A stretch of DNA of 64,000 nt, taken from Candidatus Eiseniibacteriota bacterium. Its GTDB lineage: Bacteria; Eisenbacteria; RBG-16-71-46. This document shows positions 49,847 through 59,270 of the stretch, piece after piece. The notes under the pieces are model-generated. The model saw only the letters and a program-made list of their open reading frames with translations. It made no database searches and was not told where the DNA came from. Positions within the stretch are counted from its first letter, which is position 1; each line of letters opens with the position of its first letter. A program made the position numbers and the translations under genes. The stretch covers positions 1,920,001-1,984,000 of the forward strand of contig OY970342.1 of NCBI GenBank assembly GCA_963717505.1, given 5' to 3'.

Positions 49847-50891
49847 GGCGGCTTCGCTGGACGGATGCCGGGTTCTGGTGACCGGCGGCGCCGGGTTCAT
49901 CGGCTCGAACTTCGCGCACCAGTTCCTGGCCCGGCACCCGTCGAGCCACGTGGTGGTGCTCGACGCCCTGACCTACGCCGGGCGGAAGGAGAATCTGGAG
50001 GGCGTCGCGGCCGCGCGGCTGACGTTCGTCCACGGCGACATCCGCCACCCGGATGACGTCGCGCGCGCGATGGCCGGCTGTGACTACGTCCTCAACTTCG
50101 CCGCCGAGTCCCACGTCGATCGCTCGATCGAGCAGCCGGGGGAGTTCATCCAGACCGATGTCTTCGGCGTGTTCGTCCTGTGCGAGGAGGCCCGCCGCCG
50201 CAAGGTGCGGCGCTTCATCCAGGTCTCGACCGACGAGGTCTACGGAGAGGTGCTCGAAGGCCACGCCACCGAGGATTGGGCGCTGAACCCGCGCAGCCCA
50301 TACGCCGCGAGCAAGGCGGGTGGCGACCGGCTGGCCTACGCCTACGGCGCGACCTACGGCCTGCCGGTGGTGATCACGCGCTGCGCCAACAACTACGGGC
50401 CGCGCCAGTATCCGGAAAAGCTGATTCCGCTGTTCGTGACCAACGCACTCGACGACGAGCCGTTGCCGGTGTACGGCACCGGACTCAACCGGCGGGACTG
50501 GATCCATGTCGACGACCACTGCGCCGCGCTCGAACTGTTGCTCGCGCATCCGGGCATCGAGGGCGAGACGTTCAACATCGGCGCGCAACAGGAGCTGGAC
50601 GTGCTGGCGATCACCGACACGATTCTCACGCTGCTCGACAAGCCGCGAACTCTGATTCGTCACGTGGAAGACCGCCCCGGCCACGACCGCCGCTATGCGG
50701 TGGACAGTGCCAAGCTCACGCGGCTGACCGGATGGCGTCCGGCGACCGCGTTCGACGACGGCATCCGGCGCACGGTCGACTGGTACCGGAAGAACGAGTC
50801 TTGGTGGCGGCCGATCAAGGAAGGCGAGTTCCGCGCCTACTACGAGCGGATGTACGGGCAGCGTCGAGTGCTCAAGGAGGTTCGGGCGTGA
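49839..50891 (+). CDS. rfbB: dTDP-glucose 4,6-dehydratase
   Basis: TGGAGFIGSNF, LTYAG, AAESHVDRSI, STDEVYG, YAASKA, NNYGPRQYPEKLIP, DRPGHDRRY. Confidence 0.94.
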   Translation: MAEAASLDGCRVLVTGGAGFIGSNFAHQFLARHPSSHVVVLDALTYAGRKENLEGVAAARLTFVHGDIRHPDDVARAMAGCDYVLNFAAESHVDRSIEQPGEFIQTDVFGVFVLCEEARRRKVRRFIQVSTDEVYGEVLEGHATEDWALNPRSPYAASKAGGDRLAYAYGATYGLPVVITRCANNYGPRQYPEKLIPLFVTNALDDEPLPVYGTGLNRRDWIHVDDHCAALELLLAHPGIEGETFNIGAQQELDVLAITDTILTLLDKPRTLIRHVEDRPGHDRRYAVDSAKLTRLTGWRPATAFDDGIRRTVDWYRKNESWWRPIKEGEFRAYYERMYGQRRVLKEVRA

Positions 50892-52525
50892 ACCGTCGGC
50901 CGGGAATTTCGAGGAGCATTGCCGGCAGCTGGCTGGCCGCCGTCCTGTTGGCGGGGTTCGCCGCGACCGCGACCGCCCAGATGATGGACCTGGACCGTCC
51001 GGCGGGGGAATCGCCATCGCTCGAAGAAACCGAGAAGCTCCGCCGCGACGAGATGCGGCGCCGGCTCGGCGGATCAACGACCGAGGCTATGCGGCTACCG
51101 GGAGCGATCGACCCCGCGGGCTATCGCGTCGGCGCGGGCGACCTGCTCCAGCTCACCTTGTGGGGCGGCGTGTCGCGCACCATCCCGATGGAAGTGAATC
51201 CTGAGGGGACGGTGCAGCTGCCGACCACCGGGCCGATGCATGTCGAGGGCAAGCTGCTGGGCGAGGTTCGCAAAGAAATCCTGGCCCGACTGCGACCGGA
51301 ATTCCGGGGCGTCAACATGGACCTGCAGCTGGTCCGCCCGCGCCGCTTCGTGGCCTACATGACCGGGCAGGTGCGCTTTCCGGGCACGGTCGACGCCAAC
51401 GGCGCCTCCCGCGCCGGCGACCTGGTGCTGGCCGCCGAGCCGCTGGCGGATGCGTCGCTGCGCAACATCGAGCTGATCCATCGCGACGGCTCGCGCGAGA
51501 TCGCGGATCTCGATCTATTCCTGCGCACGGCGAGTCAGTCGCTCAACCCCTGGCTGCGCGACGGCGACGTGATCCACGTGCCGACCCGGACGCGCCTGAT
51601 CCACCTTCAGGGCGCCGTGGCCCAGCCGGGGGACTTCGAGTTGGGGTCCGACGACAGCCTCAGGACCCTGGTGGCATTGGGCGGCGGGCTCCTGCCGTCG
51701 GCCGACACGACGCGCGCACTGATGATCCGCTGGGTGGACCACGCGCGCACCGAGTCGGTCTGGGTCCACGTGCCGGACATGACCTCCGGGCGGTACAATC
51801 CGCCCCTGCGCGGCGGCGATCGGCTCTACGTCTACTTCATCCCGCGCTATCAGGAGCACCACGAAGCGTCGGTCACCGGTGAGATCTTGCGGCCGGGCGT
51901 GTATCCGATCCGCGTCGGACGCGATCGCATCTCGGACGTGGTTCGTGCCGCGGGCGGGTTCCTGCCCGGCGCCGACCTGGCCTCGGTGCGGGTGCGACGC
52001 GTTGGGCCCACGGCCGGCCAGGAGGATCCCGAGTTGCAGCGGCTGCTGCGCCTGTCGCGGCGTGACCTGACCAATTCGGAGTACGACGTGCTACAAACCA
52101 AGCTCGCGAGTCTGCGCGAGGAATATCGGATCGACTGGAACCGCTTGCAGATCGATCCGGCGCTCGACGTGTTGATGGTCGGCGGCGACGAGGTCCTGGT
52201 CGATCGACTGGTGTCGTCGATTCGGGTCGACGGCCAGGTGCGGCGGCCCGGGATCCTGACGTTCACCCCCGGACTCGAGATCCAGGACTACGTGACACTC
52301 GCCGGCGGCTACTCGGATCGTGCCTGGCGGAGCAAGATCCGCGTGACGCGCTCGGTGACCGGGCAGACCTTCTACGCCAAGGACGTGTCGCGGCTCGATC
52401 CGGGTGATTTCATCTGGGTGCCGGAGAAACCGGACGTGACCTTCTGGGACCAGACGCGCGTGATCCTGACGGCGGCGGCCGAGATCGCGACCGTCATCCT
52501 GGCATTCGAGGCGGTGACCCAATGA
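50888..52525 (+). CDS. Polysaccharide export protein with SLBB repeats (KpsD/Wza-like)
   Basis: Signal peptide; YRVGAGD poly_export start; repeated GxVxxPG...AGG SLBB units; PGDFIWVPEK. Confidence 0.88.
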   Translation: MNRRPGISRSIAGSWLAAVLLAGFAATATAQMMDLDRPAGESPSLEETEKLRRDEMRRRLGGSTTEAMRLPGAIDPAGYRVGAGDLLQLTLWGGVSRTIPMEVNPEGTVQLPTTGPMHVEGKLLGEVRKEILARLRPEFRGVNMDLQLVRPRRFVAYMTGQVRFPGTVDANGASRAGDLVLAAEPLADASLRNIELIHRDGSREIADLDLFLRTASQSLNPWLRDGDVIHVPTRTRLIHLQGAVAQPGDFELGSDDSLRTLVALGGGLLPSADTTRALMIRWVDHARTESVWVHVPDMTSGRYNPPLRGGDRLYVYFIPRYQEHHEASVTGEILRPGVYPIRVGRDRISDVVRAAGGFLPGADLASVRVRRVGPTAGQEDPELQRLLRLSRRDLTNSEYDVLQTKLASLREEYRIDWNRLQIDPALDVLMVGGDEVLVDRLVSSIRVDGQVRRPGILTFTPGLEIQDYVTLAGGYSDRAWRSKIRVTRSVTGQTFYAKDVSRLDPGDFIWVPEKPDVTFWDQTRVILTAAAEIATVILAFEAVTQ

Positions 52526-53622
52526 TGTCCGCGGTTCCCAATCCGGTTCCTTCGCAGCCCCCGGTGCGCGAGTTCGATTTCGGTCGCCTGATCACCCGGG
52601 CGTGGGAAGAGCGCTTCCGGCTGATCGGGGTGTCGCTGGCGGCCGGCCTGCTGGCGCTCGCCATCGGGTTCCTGTTCCCGCGCTGGTACGAGGCGACCGC
52701 GACCATCCTGCCGCCCGAAGATTCCGATCTGTTCTCGAACCTGATGCTCGGCCAGCGCGCGCTCACCAAGTTCCCCGCGTTCGGCGCGCTCGGCGACTAT
52801 TTCACGCCCGCCGACGTGTTCAAGGCGATCTTGAAGAGCCGTCACGTGCAGGACCGGATCATCGATCGGTTCGAGCTGCAGAAGGTCTACAAGCAGAAGA
52901 GCCGCGAGAAGACCCGCAAGGCACTGCGCAGCCTGTACACGGTGGAGCTGGCGCCCGAGGGCACGATCACCGTGTCGATCGAGGACAAGGACCCCAAGCG
53001 CGCCGCGGCCATGGCGATGGCCTTCCTCGAGGAGCTCGACCACTACAACATCAAGAACAAGAACTCGCGCGCCAAGCGCACACGCGAGTTCCTCGAGCAG
53101 CGCGTGCGCGACACCGACTCGCTGCTCCTGGTCTCCGAGCATCGCCTGCGCGTCTATCAGGAATCCAAGCACACCGTGGTGCCGACCAACGTGCAATCGG
53201 CCGATATCCAGTCGGGCTCCGACCTGATGTCGCGCAAGATTGCGCTCGAGGTCCGGCTCGGCGTCCTGCGGACGTACCTGACCGAGGACAGCGATGAGAT
53301 CCGGCAGACCGAGACCGAGCTGAAAGAGCTCAAGAGCCAGATCGCGACCCTGCCGGAGTTGCAGAGCGACATCATGCGCATGGTGCGCGACCAGAAGATC
53401 CAGGAGCAGGTATTCGTCCTGCTCACCGCCGAGCTCGAACAGGCGCGCATCCGGGAGACGATGGACACGCCGACGGTCGCGGTCCTCGACCGGGCGGTGG
53501 TGCCGGAGCGGCACACGCGGCCCAAGCGGGCCACGATCGCGATCATCGCGACCCTGCTCACGGGGGCGGGCTGCCTGGTCTATCTCGCCTTCCTGGAACG
53601 ATCCGCGATCACTCGCGGCTGA
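52522..53622 (+). CDS. Wzz/Wzc-type polysaccharide co-polymerase (chain-length regulator, no kinase domain)
   Basis: N-terminal TM + YEATATILPP, coiled coil, VLDRAVVP...PKR + C-terminal TM. Confidence 0.85.
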   Translation: MMSAVPNPVPSQPPVREFDFGRLITRAWEERFRLIGVSLAAGLLALAIGFLFPRWYEATATILPPEDSDLFSNLMLGQRALTKFPAFGALGDYFTPADVFKAILKSRHVQDRIIDRFELQKVYKQKSREKTRKALRSLYTVELAPEGTITVSIEDKDPKRAAAMAMAFLEELDHYNIKNKNSRAKRTREFLEQRVRDTDSLLLVSEHRLRVYQESKHTVVPTNVQSADIQSGSDLMSRKIALEVRLGVLRTYLTEDSDEIRQTETELKELKSQIATLPELQSDIMRMVRDQKIQEQVFVLLTAELEQARIRETMDTPTVAVLDRAVVPERHTRPKRATIAIIATLLTGAGCLVYLAFLERSAITRG

Positions 53623-53624
53623 CG

Positions 53625-55256
53625 ATGCCGGTCCCCGAGGCCGGCGCGGAAGCGCGCGGCCGAGTCGCAGGGACGGAACCCAACGGCAGCCGGACCCCGG
53701 ACGGGCTCGGCACCACGATCGTCCGCAACGCGGTGTTCACAGTCGGCGGACGAATGTTCCTGCTCCTCGCGTGGGCCGCCGTCACGCCCTACATGCTCGG
53801 GGTGCTCGGCGACGAGCGCTTCGCGATCTGGGCCCTGTTTTTCGCGATCTCCGGCTACTTCATCGCCTTCGATCTCGGCGTCTCCCAGGCGCTGGTCAAG
53901 TTCGTCGCGCAACACACCGCGGCCGGGGACGCGCGAGCGCTCCGCGGCATGGTCACCCTGGGTTCGCTGCTCTATCTGGGATTGACCGCACCAGTGGTCG
54001 CCGGCCTGGCGCTGTTCCGCGAGCGTCTGCTCGACGCGGTCCACACGCCGGTCCCCCTGCGCGCCGAGGCCGGATGGTGCCTGGTGGCGATGGGCATCGT
54101 GCTCGGCGCGAGCAACCTGGTCGGCGTGATGACCGCCGTGCTCACCGGACGACAGCGGATGGACGTGACCAACCGCATTCTGGTGCTGGGCACGGTGCTG
54201 CAGGTGGGTGGCGGCCTGGTGGCGCTGGCGAACGGCTGGGGAATCCGCGGACTCGTCCTGTCCTATGGCGCAGGAGTCGCGGTGATGGGGGTGATCTCGT
54301 GGCTCGCGGTTCGGCGCGTCGCACCCGAAGTCGGCATCGACCTCGGGAGTCTGCGGCGCGAGCAGATCGGCGAGCTGCTGCACTTCAGCGCCGCCCTCCA
54401 GGTCACGAACCTCGGCACGTTCCTCCAGCTCCAGCTGCCCAAGTTCCTGCTCGCGCATTTTGCTTCGTTGGCGATGGTCGCGCGCTACGAGCTGGCGCTC
54501 CGTCTCGCGCTCGCCGCGTGGGCGATCCCGGTTCTGCTTCTCCAGCCGCTGGTTCCGGCGATGTCGCACCTGGGTTCGCTCGCCGACCACGACCGGATTC
54601 TTCGGCTTTACGCGCGGTCGTCGCGCTACGTCGCGGCGGTGTCGTTTCCGATCGCGGGCTTCGTGCTGGCCTCCGCACCCGCGCTGGTGACCGCGTGGCT
54701 CGGCCCCGGCTACCCGGAAGCCGCGTGGGGTGCCGCCGGATTGATAGGTTTCCTGTTGATCTCGATCCTGGGTGGCGTGGCGGCGACCGTGTGCCGCGGG
54801 ATCGGCATGCCGTGGCTCGAGGCGCGGTTTCACGTGCTCGGCGGCGTGTTGCTGGTCGGCGCCAGCCTGGCGCTGGTTCCACGCTGGGGGCTGGCCGGGG
54901 CGCTCGTAGCACTCGGATTCTCGGGCGCGATCATGGTCGCTCTGTTCCTCTGGCGATTCCACGCGCGGATCGGGCAGCCGCTGCTCGACTGGGTGCGCGA
55001 GGCGCTGGCCGTGCCGTTCGCCGCCTCGGCGGTCGCTACGGCACTCGCGATCCTGTGGCGCGGGGGTTTCTCGGTCTCACCCGCGGGCCGATGGGCATCG
55101 CTGGCCGAGATCGGCCGCACCGCGGCCGTGTTCGCGGTGGTGGTCGGCGCCGCCTATTTGGCCACTCGTTTCGTGACGGTGGCGGAACTCCGCGACGTGA
55201 CCCGCGGCGCCCCGCTCGCACGATCGGGACCCGACAGCGCGCTAGACGGGCGCTGA
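53625..55256 (+). CDS. Wzx oligosaccharide flippase
   Basis: About 14 TMs; IVRN, LGDERFAIW, DLGVSQALVKFVA, PRWGLAGA. Confidence 0.88.
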   Translation: MPVPEAGAEARGRVAGTEPNGSRTPDGLGTTIVRNAVFTVGGRMFLLLAWAAVTPYMLGVLGDERFAIWALFFAISGYFIAFDLGVSQALVKFVAQHTAAGDARALRGMVTLGSLLYLGLTAPVVAGLALFRERLLDAVHTPVPLRAEAGWCLVAMGIVLGASNLVGVMTAVLTGRQRMDVTNRILVLGTVLQVGGGLVALANGWGIRGLVLSYGAGVAVMGVISWLAVRRVAPEVGIDLGSLRREQIGELLHFSAALQVTNLGTFLQLQLPKFLLAHFASLAMVARYELALRLALAAWAIPVLLLQPLVPAMSHLGSLADHDRILRLYARSSRYVAAVSFPIAGFVLASAPALVTAWLGPGYPEAAWGAAGLIGFLLISILGGVAATVCRGIGMPWLEARFHVLGGVLLVGASLALVPRWGLAGALVALGFSGAIMVALFLWRFHARIGQPLLDWVREALAVPFAASAVATALAILWRGGFSVSPAGRWASLAEIGRTAAVFAVVVGAAYLATRFVTVAELRDVTRGAPLARSGPDSALDGR

Positions 55257-56657
55257 GCTGGCGGGCTGTGGGGCGGGAAGTCCCAGTGACGTGGGCACGG
55301 TCTTCGCCTTGGGCTGGTACGGAACCAGCTTCCCGGTGTGCCGGTCCATCAGGCCCAGATAGAGGCCGATCAGCCAGTACCAAGTGAAGTGGTACTGCAG
55401 TCCGGGCAGCGTCGGCTCGAACAGGCAGTTGAGCTGGGCGATCCAGAACGTGAGCTGGATCGCCTGGCCTTGGGCCTTGGTCTCCGGGTTCTTCACCATG
55501 CGCATGATGCGCCGGTAGAGCACGACCAGGATCGAGATCCACAACACGATCCCGATCAGCCCCAGCTCGCTGCCGATCATCAGCCACCAGTTGTGCGGAT
55601 CCTCCTTGAACAGGCGATCCATGTAGCCGAATCCCTGTCCGTGGCCCATGCCCAGTGGCCAATGATCGCGCAGCCGGTACCAGGTCTCGCGGAAGTACAT
55701 CAGCCGGATCACCACGCTCAGCATGTCGCGCACGTCGGTGAATCGCGCGAGCAGCAGCTCCGCCCCCGGGCCGGCCAGCATCAGTGCGAGCAGGATCGGC
55801 GCGGTGACGTAGGGAATCCAGCTCTTGATCCGCGCGCGGAACAGCATGAACAGGATGATGCCGAGCACCATGACTGCGCCGCCGCGCGAGGCGGCGACCG
55901 CGATCAGAATCACCGAGAGCGGTGCCGCGATCCAGCCGAGCAGCCGCGTCGGGCCCTTGCCGGCGATCGCGAGATACATGCAGGTCGGCAGCATCAGCGT
56001 CAGGATCGAAGCGATGAAGTTGGAATCGCCCCATCCCAGCGTGGTCGCGGTGCGCCGCATGTAGGTCTGGTGCACCGATCCGAACCAGCCGACCGAATAG
56101 GCTCGGACGAGCGAGGCCAGTGCCAACGCACAGGTCCCGGCCGCGACCCCGATCATCATCAGCGTCGGGCTCACGAAGTGGGGCAGGCGCCAGGCCACCC
56201 ACAAGGCCAAAGCCCCGATCAGTAGCCGGCGCGCGCAGAACAGCCACCACCACCAGTCCCGAATCCAGAAGATGGTGAACGCGCCCCACAGGAAGAACAG
56301 CCAGACCAGGATCTCGAGCTTGTCCAGCTTGCCGATCCACGGCTCGCGGCGCGTCCAGGCCCAGAACCAGATGCCGCCGGCGAGCAGCAGCACCGTGACC
56401 TCGTAGGCGAACACCTTGACGAACTGGGGCGGCACCAGCAGCACCGGTACGAACGCCAGCGACTGGATCGGCCAGCGCCGGATCGCGGCCAGCACGAAGA
56501 AGCCCCCGGCCAGACCGACCATGATCAGGCGGACGAGACTCGTGCTGCTGAGCGCCAGCAGGGTCCAGGCGACGACCACCGCGCCGATCAGGAGGAAGGG
56601 CAGGAGCGGCGACTTGCCGGACGCAGGGCGATCGATCGCAGGAGCGCCGGCGGTCAT
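55242..56657 (-). CDS. O-antigen ligase / Wzy polymerase family membrane protein
   Basis: Multi-TM; GDSN, ASRGG, PLGMGHG, HNWWL...SELGLIG; GGAGG RBS before ATG 56657. Confidence 0.85.
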   Translation of the reverse strand: MTAGAPAIDRPASGKSPLLPFLLIGAVVVAWTLLALSSTSLVRLIMVGLAGGFFVLAAIRRWPIQSLAFVPVLLVPPQFVKVFAYEVTVLLLAGGIWFWAWTRREPWIGKLDKLEILVWLFFLWGAFTIFWIRDWWWWLFCARRLLIGALALWVAWRLPHFVSPTLMMIGVAAGTCALALASLVRAYSVGWFGSVHQTYMRRTATTLGWGDSNFIASILTLMLPTCMYLAIAGKGPTRLLGWIAAPLSVILIAVAASRGGAVMVLGIILFMLFRARIKSWIPYVTAPILLALMLAGPGAELLLARFTDVRDMLSVVIRLMYFRETWYRLRDHWPLGMGHGQGFGYMDRLFKEDPHNWWLMIGSELGLIGIVLWISILVVLYRRIMRMVKNPETKAQGQAIQLTFWIAQLNCLFEPTLPGLQYHFTWYWLIGLYLGLMDRHTGKLVPYQPKAKTVPTSLGLPAPQPASSAPV

Positions 56658-57670
56658 CGTGCCTCCTCGAGCACCGCGACCCCGGTGCCGGGCGGCAACG
56701 GCGCGACCGGCACCGGACTCTCGAGCCGGCCGCCCGCGCGCAGCTTGCGACGGCGTGCCAGACTGTCGAGCAGGCCGCGCAGCGAGGCGGCGAACGCCAG
56801 GCGGCGTTCGCGGAACAGTTTCATGCACTGGCTCGCGACGTCGGCGTAGCCGCGGCGGCGCAGGCGGGCGTAACTGCCGAGCAGGTAGCCGCCGACATGC
56901 GCGCGCACGTAGGCGGCCAGTCCGCGGCGCTCGAGCAAGTCGCGATAGCGGACGAAATGGTCGCTGAACTCGCGGATGTGGCGCGGGTCGCGGAAGATCT
57001 TCTCGTTCTCCTGGCCGGTGTGGATCAGCACCTCGCAGCCCACGGTGTCGAGAATCGCGAGTCCACCGCGCTCGAGCATCGCCAGGTAGAGCTTGACGTC
57101 GGCGGCGAAGCCGAGCGATTCGTCCATCAGGCCCGCGGCGCGGGCGGCGTCGGCGCGCACCAGGATTCCCGACGGATAGTTGAACGGATTGGTGTAGAAC
57201 GTGGCGAACGCCCACAGCACGGCGGCGATCGCATCCTCGCGGGCGTAGATCCCGGCCGGCAGGTTGCTGCCGAGCGCGAAGCTGCCGCCCTGACGTTCGT
57301 CGAGCGCACGGCCGCGCGACGAGACCATGACCACTTCCGGGTGCGCGTCGAGCACCCGCCGTGCCGGCGCCAGAAAACCGTCCTCGAGCGCGTCGTCCGA
57401 GCACAACGTCATCACGTAGGGGGCGCGCGCCAGGCTCAGGCAACGGTTGAAGTTGCCGAACAGGCCGACATTCCGGTCGTTGCGCACCAGGCGCAGGCGC
57501 GGGTCGCGGTATTCGTGGAGGACGTCCCAGGTCCGGTCGGTCGAGGCGTTGTCGACCACCAGAATCTCGAGATCGGACTCCGGCTGGCGCAGCGCGGATT
57601 CGAGCGCCTTGCGCACCAGGACTTCGCGCTCGAACACCGGAATCCCGATGGTGACCGCCGGCGAGTTCAT
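56654..57670 (-). CDS. Glycosyltransferase family 2
   Basis: VTIGIPVF, VVDNASTD, NVGLFGNFN, SDD; GGAGG RBS before ATG 57670. Confidence 0.9.
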   Translation of the reverse strand: MNSPAVTIGIPVFEREVLVRKALESALRQPESDLEILVVDNASTDRTWDVLHEYRDPRLRLVRNDRNVGLFGNFNRCLSLARAPYVMTLCSDDALEDGFLAPARRVLDAHPEVVMVSSRGRALDERQGGSFALGSNLPAGIYAREDAIAAVLWAFATFYTNPFNYPSGILVRADAARAAGLMDESLGFAADVKLYLAMLERGGLAILDTVGCEVLIHTGQENEKIFRDPRHIREFSDHFVRYRDLLERRGLAAYVRAHVGGYLLGSYARLRRRGYADVASQCMKLFRERRLAFAASLRGLLDSLARRRKLRAGGRLESPVPVAPLPPGTGVAVLEEAR

Positions 57671-57699
57671 GCTCAGACCTGCCTCCACCGTCCCGGGCG

Positions 57700-58620
57700 C
57701 TAGCCTTTGGCCACCGCCGCCCGGCGCGACGCGATGGTGTCGGCGAGTCCGGAACGCAGGTCGTGGCGCGGCGCCCAGCCGGTGCCTCCGACCAGCTTGC
57801 GGTTGTTGGCGCAGATGAAAGGCGGGTCGGTCGGGTTGTCGGGTCGCGCGCCGAACTTCACGCGCTCGCCGGCGCCGATCAGCTCGGCGATGGTGGCGAC
57901 GATCTGTCGTACGGTGACCGGTTGCCCCGAGCCGATGTTGACCACGCCGTCGAGCGTGCTGGTCGCCGCCGCGGCGATCGCCGACCCGACGTCGGCGACG
58001 TGGAGGAAGTCGCGCACCTGGCCGCCGCGGGTGACCGCCGCCTCCTCGCCGCGCAGCAGCGTATCGATGACGTACGGCACCAGGCGTCGCCCGTCTTCGA
58101 ACGGACCGTACTGATAGAAGGGCCGCACCCAGCAGAAGCCGAGCTGGCGGCTGCGCGCGAGCTGCTCGCACAGCAACCGGGTCGAAGCCTTGGCCGCCGC
58201 GTACAGGCTCTGCGGCCGGATCGGCGAGGACTCGGACAGATAGCCGGGGTCGAAGTCGTACTCGAAGCACGATCCGACGAACGTCGCGCGCGGCACGCCG
58301 GCGTCGGCCAGCGCGTCGAGCAGGCTCAAAGAGCCCTGGACGCATTCGAGATTCTCGCGGGCCTCGAGGTACTTGCCGGGAACCGCGTACCAGGCGGTGT
58401 GCACACACAGATCGACGCCCGCGCACAGCGCACGGCGGTCGAGGCGCGGATCGCCGAAGACGTCGGCGGTCACCCACTCGATGCCGTCGGCGAATCCATC
58501 GAGACGCTCGCGGCTGCTGCCCTTGCGCGCGGTTGCGCGTACCGTGTGCCCGGATTCGATCAGGGCGCGAGCGACCCATGCGCCGATGAAGCCGGTGGCG
58601 CCGGTGACCAGAATGTTCAT
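57700..58620 (-). CDS. NAD-dependent sugar-nucleotide reductase/epimerase (SDR)
   Basis: TGATGFIG, HTAW, GSCFEY, YAAAK, YGP, RDFLHV. Confidence 0.88.
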   Translation of the reverse strand: MNILVTGATGFIGAWVARALIESGHTVRATARKGSSRERLDGFADGIEWVTADVFGDPRLDRRALCAGVDLCVHTAWYAVPGKYLEARENLECVQGSLSLLDALADAGVPRATFVGSCFEYDFDPGYLSESSPIRPQSLYAAAKASTRLLCEQLARSRQLGFCWVRPFYQYGPFEDGRRLVPYVIDTLLRGEEAAVTRGGQVRDFLHVADVGSAIAAAATSTLDGVVNIGSGQPVTVRQIVATIAELIGAGERVKFGARPDNPTDPPFICANNRKLVGGTGWAPRHDLRSGLADTIASRRAAVAKG

Positions 58621-58621
58621 G

Positions 58622-58707
58622 ATGAGCGCTCGATTCCTAATTTCATGACCGCTCGATTCCTCGCGGTTCCATGCTCACGACACGTTGTCGGTCTGCTCAC
58701 GACACGT
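58622..58707. repeat. Two adjacent tandem duplications in an intergenic spacer
   Basis: ATGA(G/C)CGCTCGATTCCT at 58622-58638 and 58645-58661; TGCTCACGACACGT at 58672-58685 and 58694-58707. Confidence 0.85.
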
Positions 58708-59227
58708 AGTCCGGGTGCACGGCGTCCTTGGGCGACAGGATCGGCTCGGGGATCGGCCACTGGATGTTGAAACGCAGATCGTTCCACCGGATGCCGGCCT
58801 CGTGGGTCGGCGTGTAGTACTCGGTCACCAGGTAGAGCGCCTCGCTGTGGTCGGTCAGCGCCTGGTAGCCGTGGGCGAAGCCCTTGGGCACGTACATCAT
58901 GCGGCGGTTCTCAGCCGACAGCTCAGCGGCGAACCACTTGCCGAAGGTCGGCGAGTCCGGCCGGATGTCCAGGATCACGTCGTGGATCGCCCCCGCGATG
59001 CAGCGGATCATCTTGTCCTCGGCGTGCGGTGCGCGCTGGAAGTGCATGCCGCGCAGGGTTCCTTTCTTCACGTTGTACGACAGGTTGCCCTGCGCGATCG
59101 TGCTGTCGAGGCCGTGAGCACCCAGCTCGTGCCGGCAGAACGCGCGGCCGAAGAAGCCCCGGTCGTCGGAGCGCTTCTCGAGATCGATGACGAAGGCGCC
59201 TTTGAGCGGCGTCTCGGTGAAGATCAT
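58697..59227 (-). CDS. rfbC: NDP-4-keto-sugar 3,5-epimerase (RfbC/RmlC family)
   Basis: DDRGFF, GTLRGMHFQ, DIRPDSPTF, VPKGFAHG, GIRWND, SPKD. Confidence 0.9.
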   Translation of the reverse strand: MIFTETPLKGAFVIDLEKRSDDRGFFGRAFCRHELGAHGLDSTIAQGNLSYNVKKGTLRGMHFQRAPHAEDKMIRCIAGAIHDVILDIRPDSPTFGKWFAAELSAENRRMMYVPKGFAHGYQALTDHSEALYLVTEYYTPTHEAGIRWNDLRFNIQWPIPEPILSPKDAVHPDYVS

Positions 59228-59270
59228 GTTCCTGCCCCCGGGGTGTACGTGCGGCGCGCGCCGCGAAAGG

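Noticed and set aside
58622-58707. Short repeats as a mini CRISPR array
   Set aside because: Two different repeats with two copies each, spacers of only 6-8 nt, and no cas genes.
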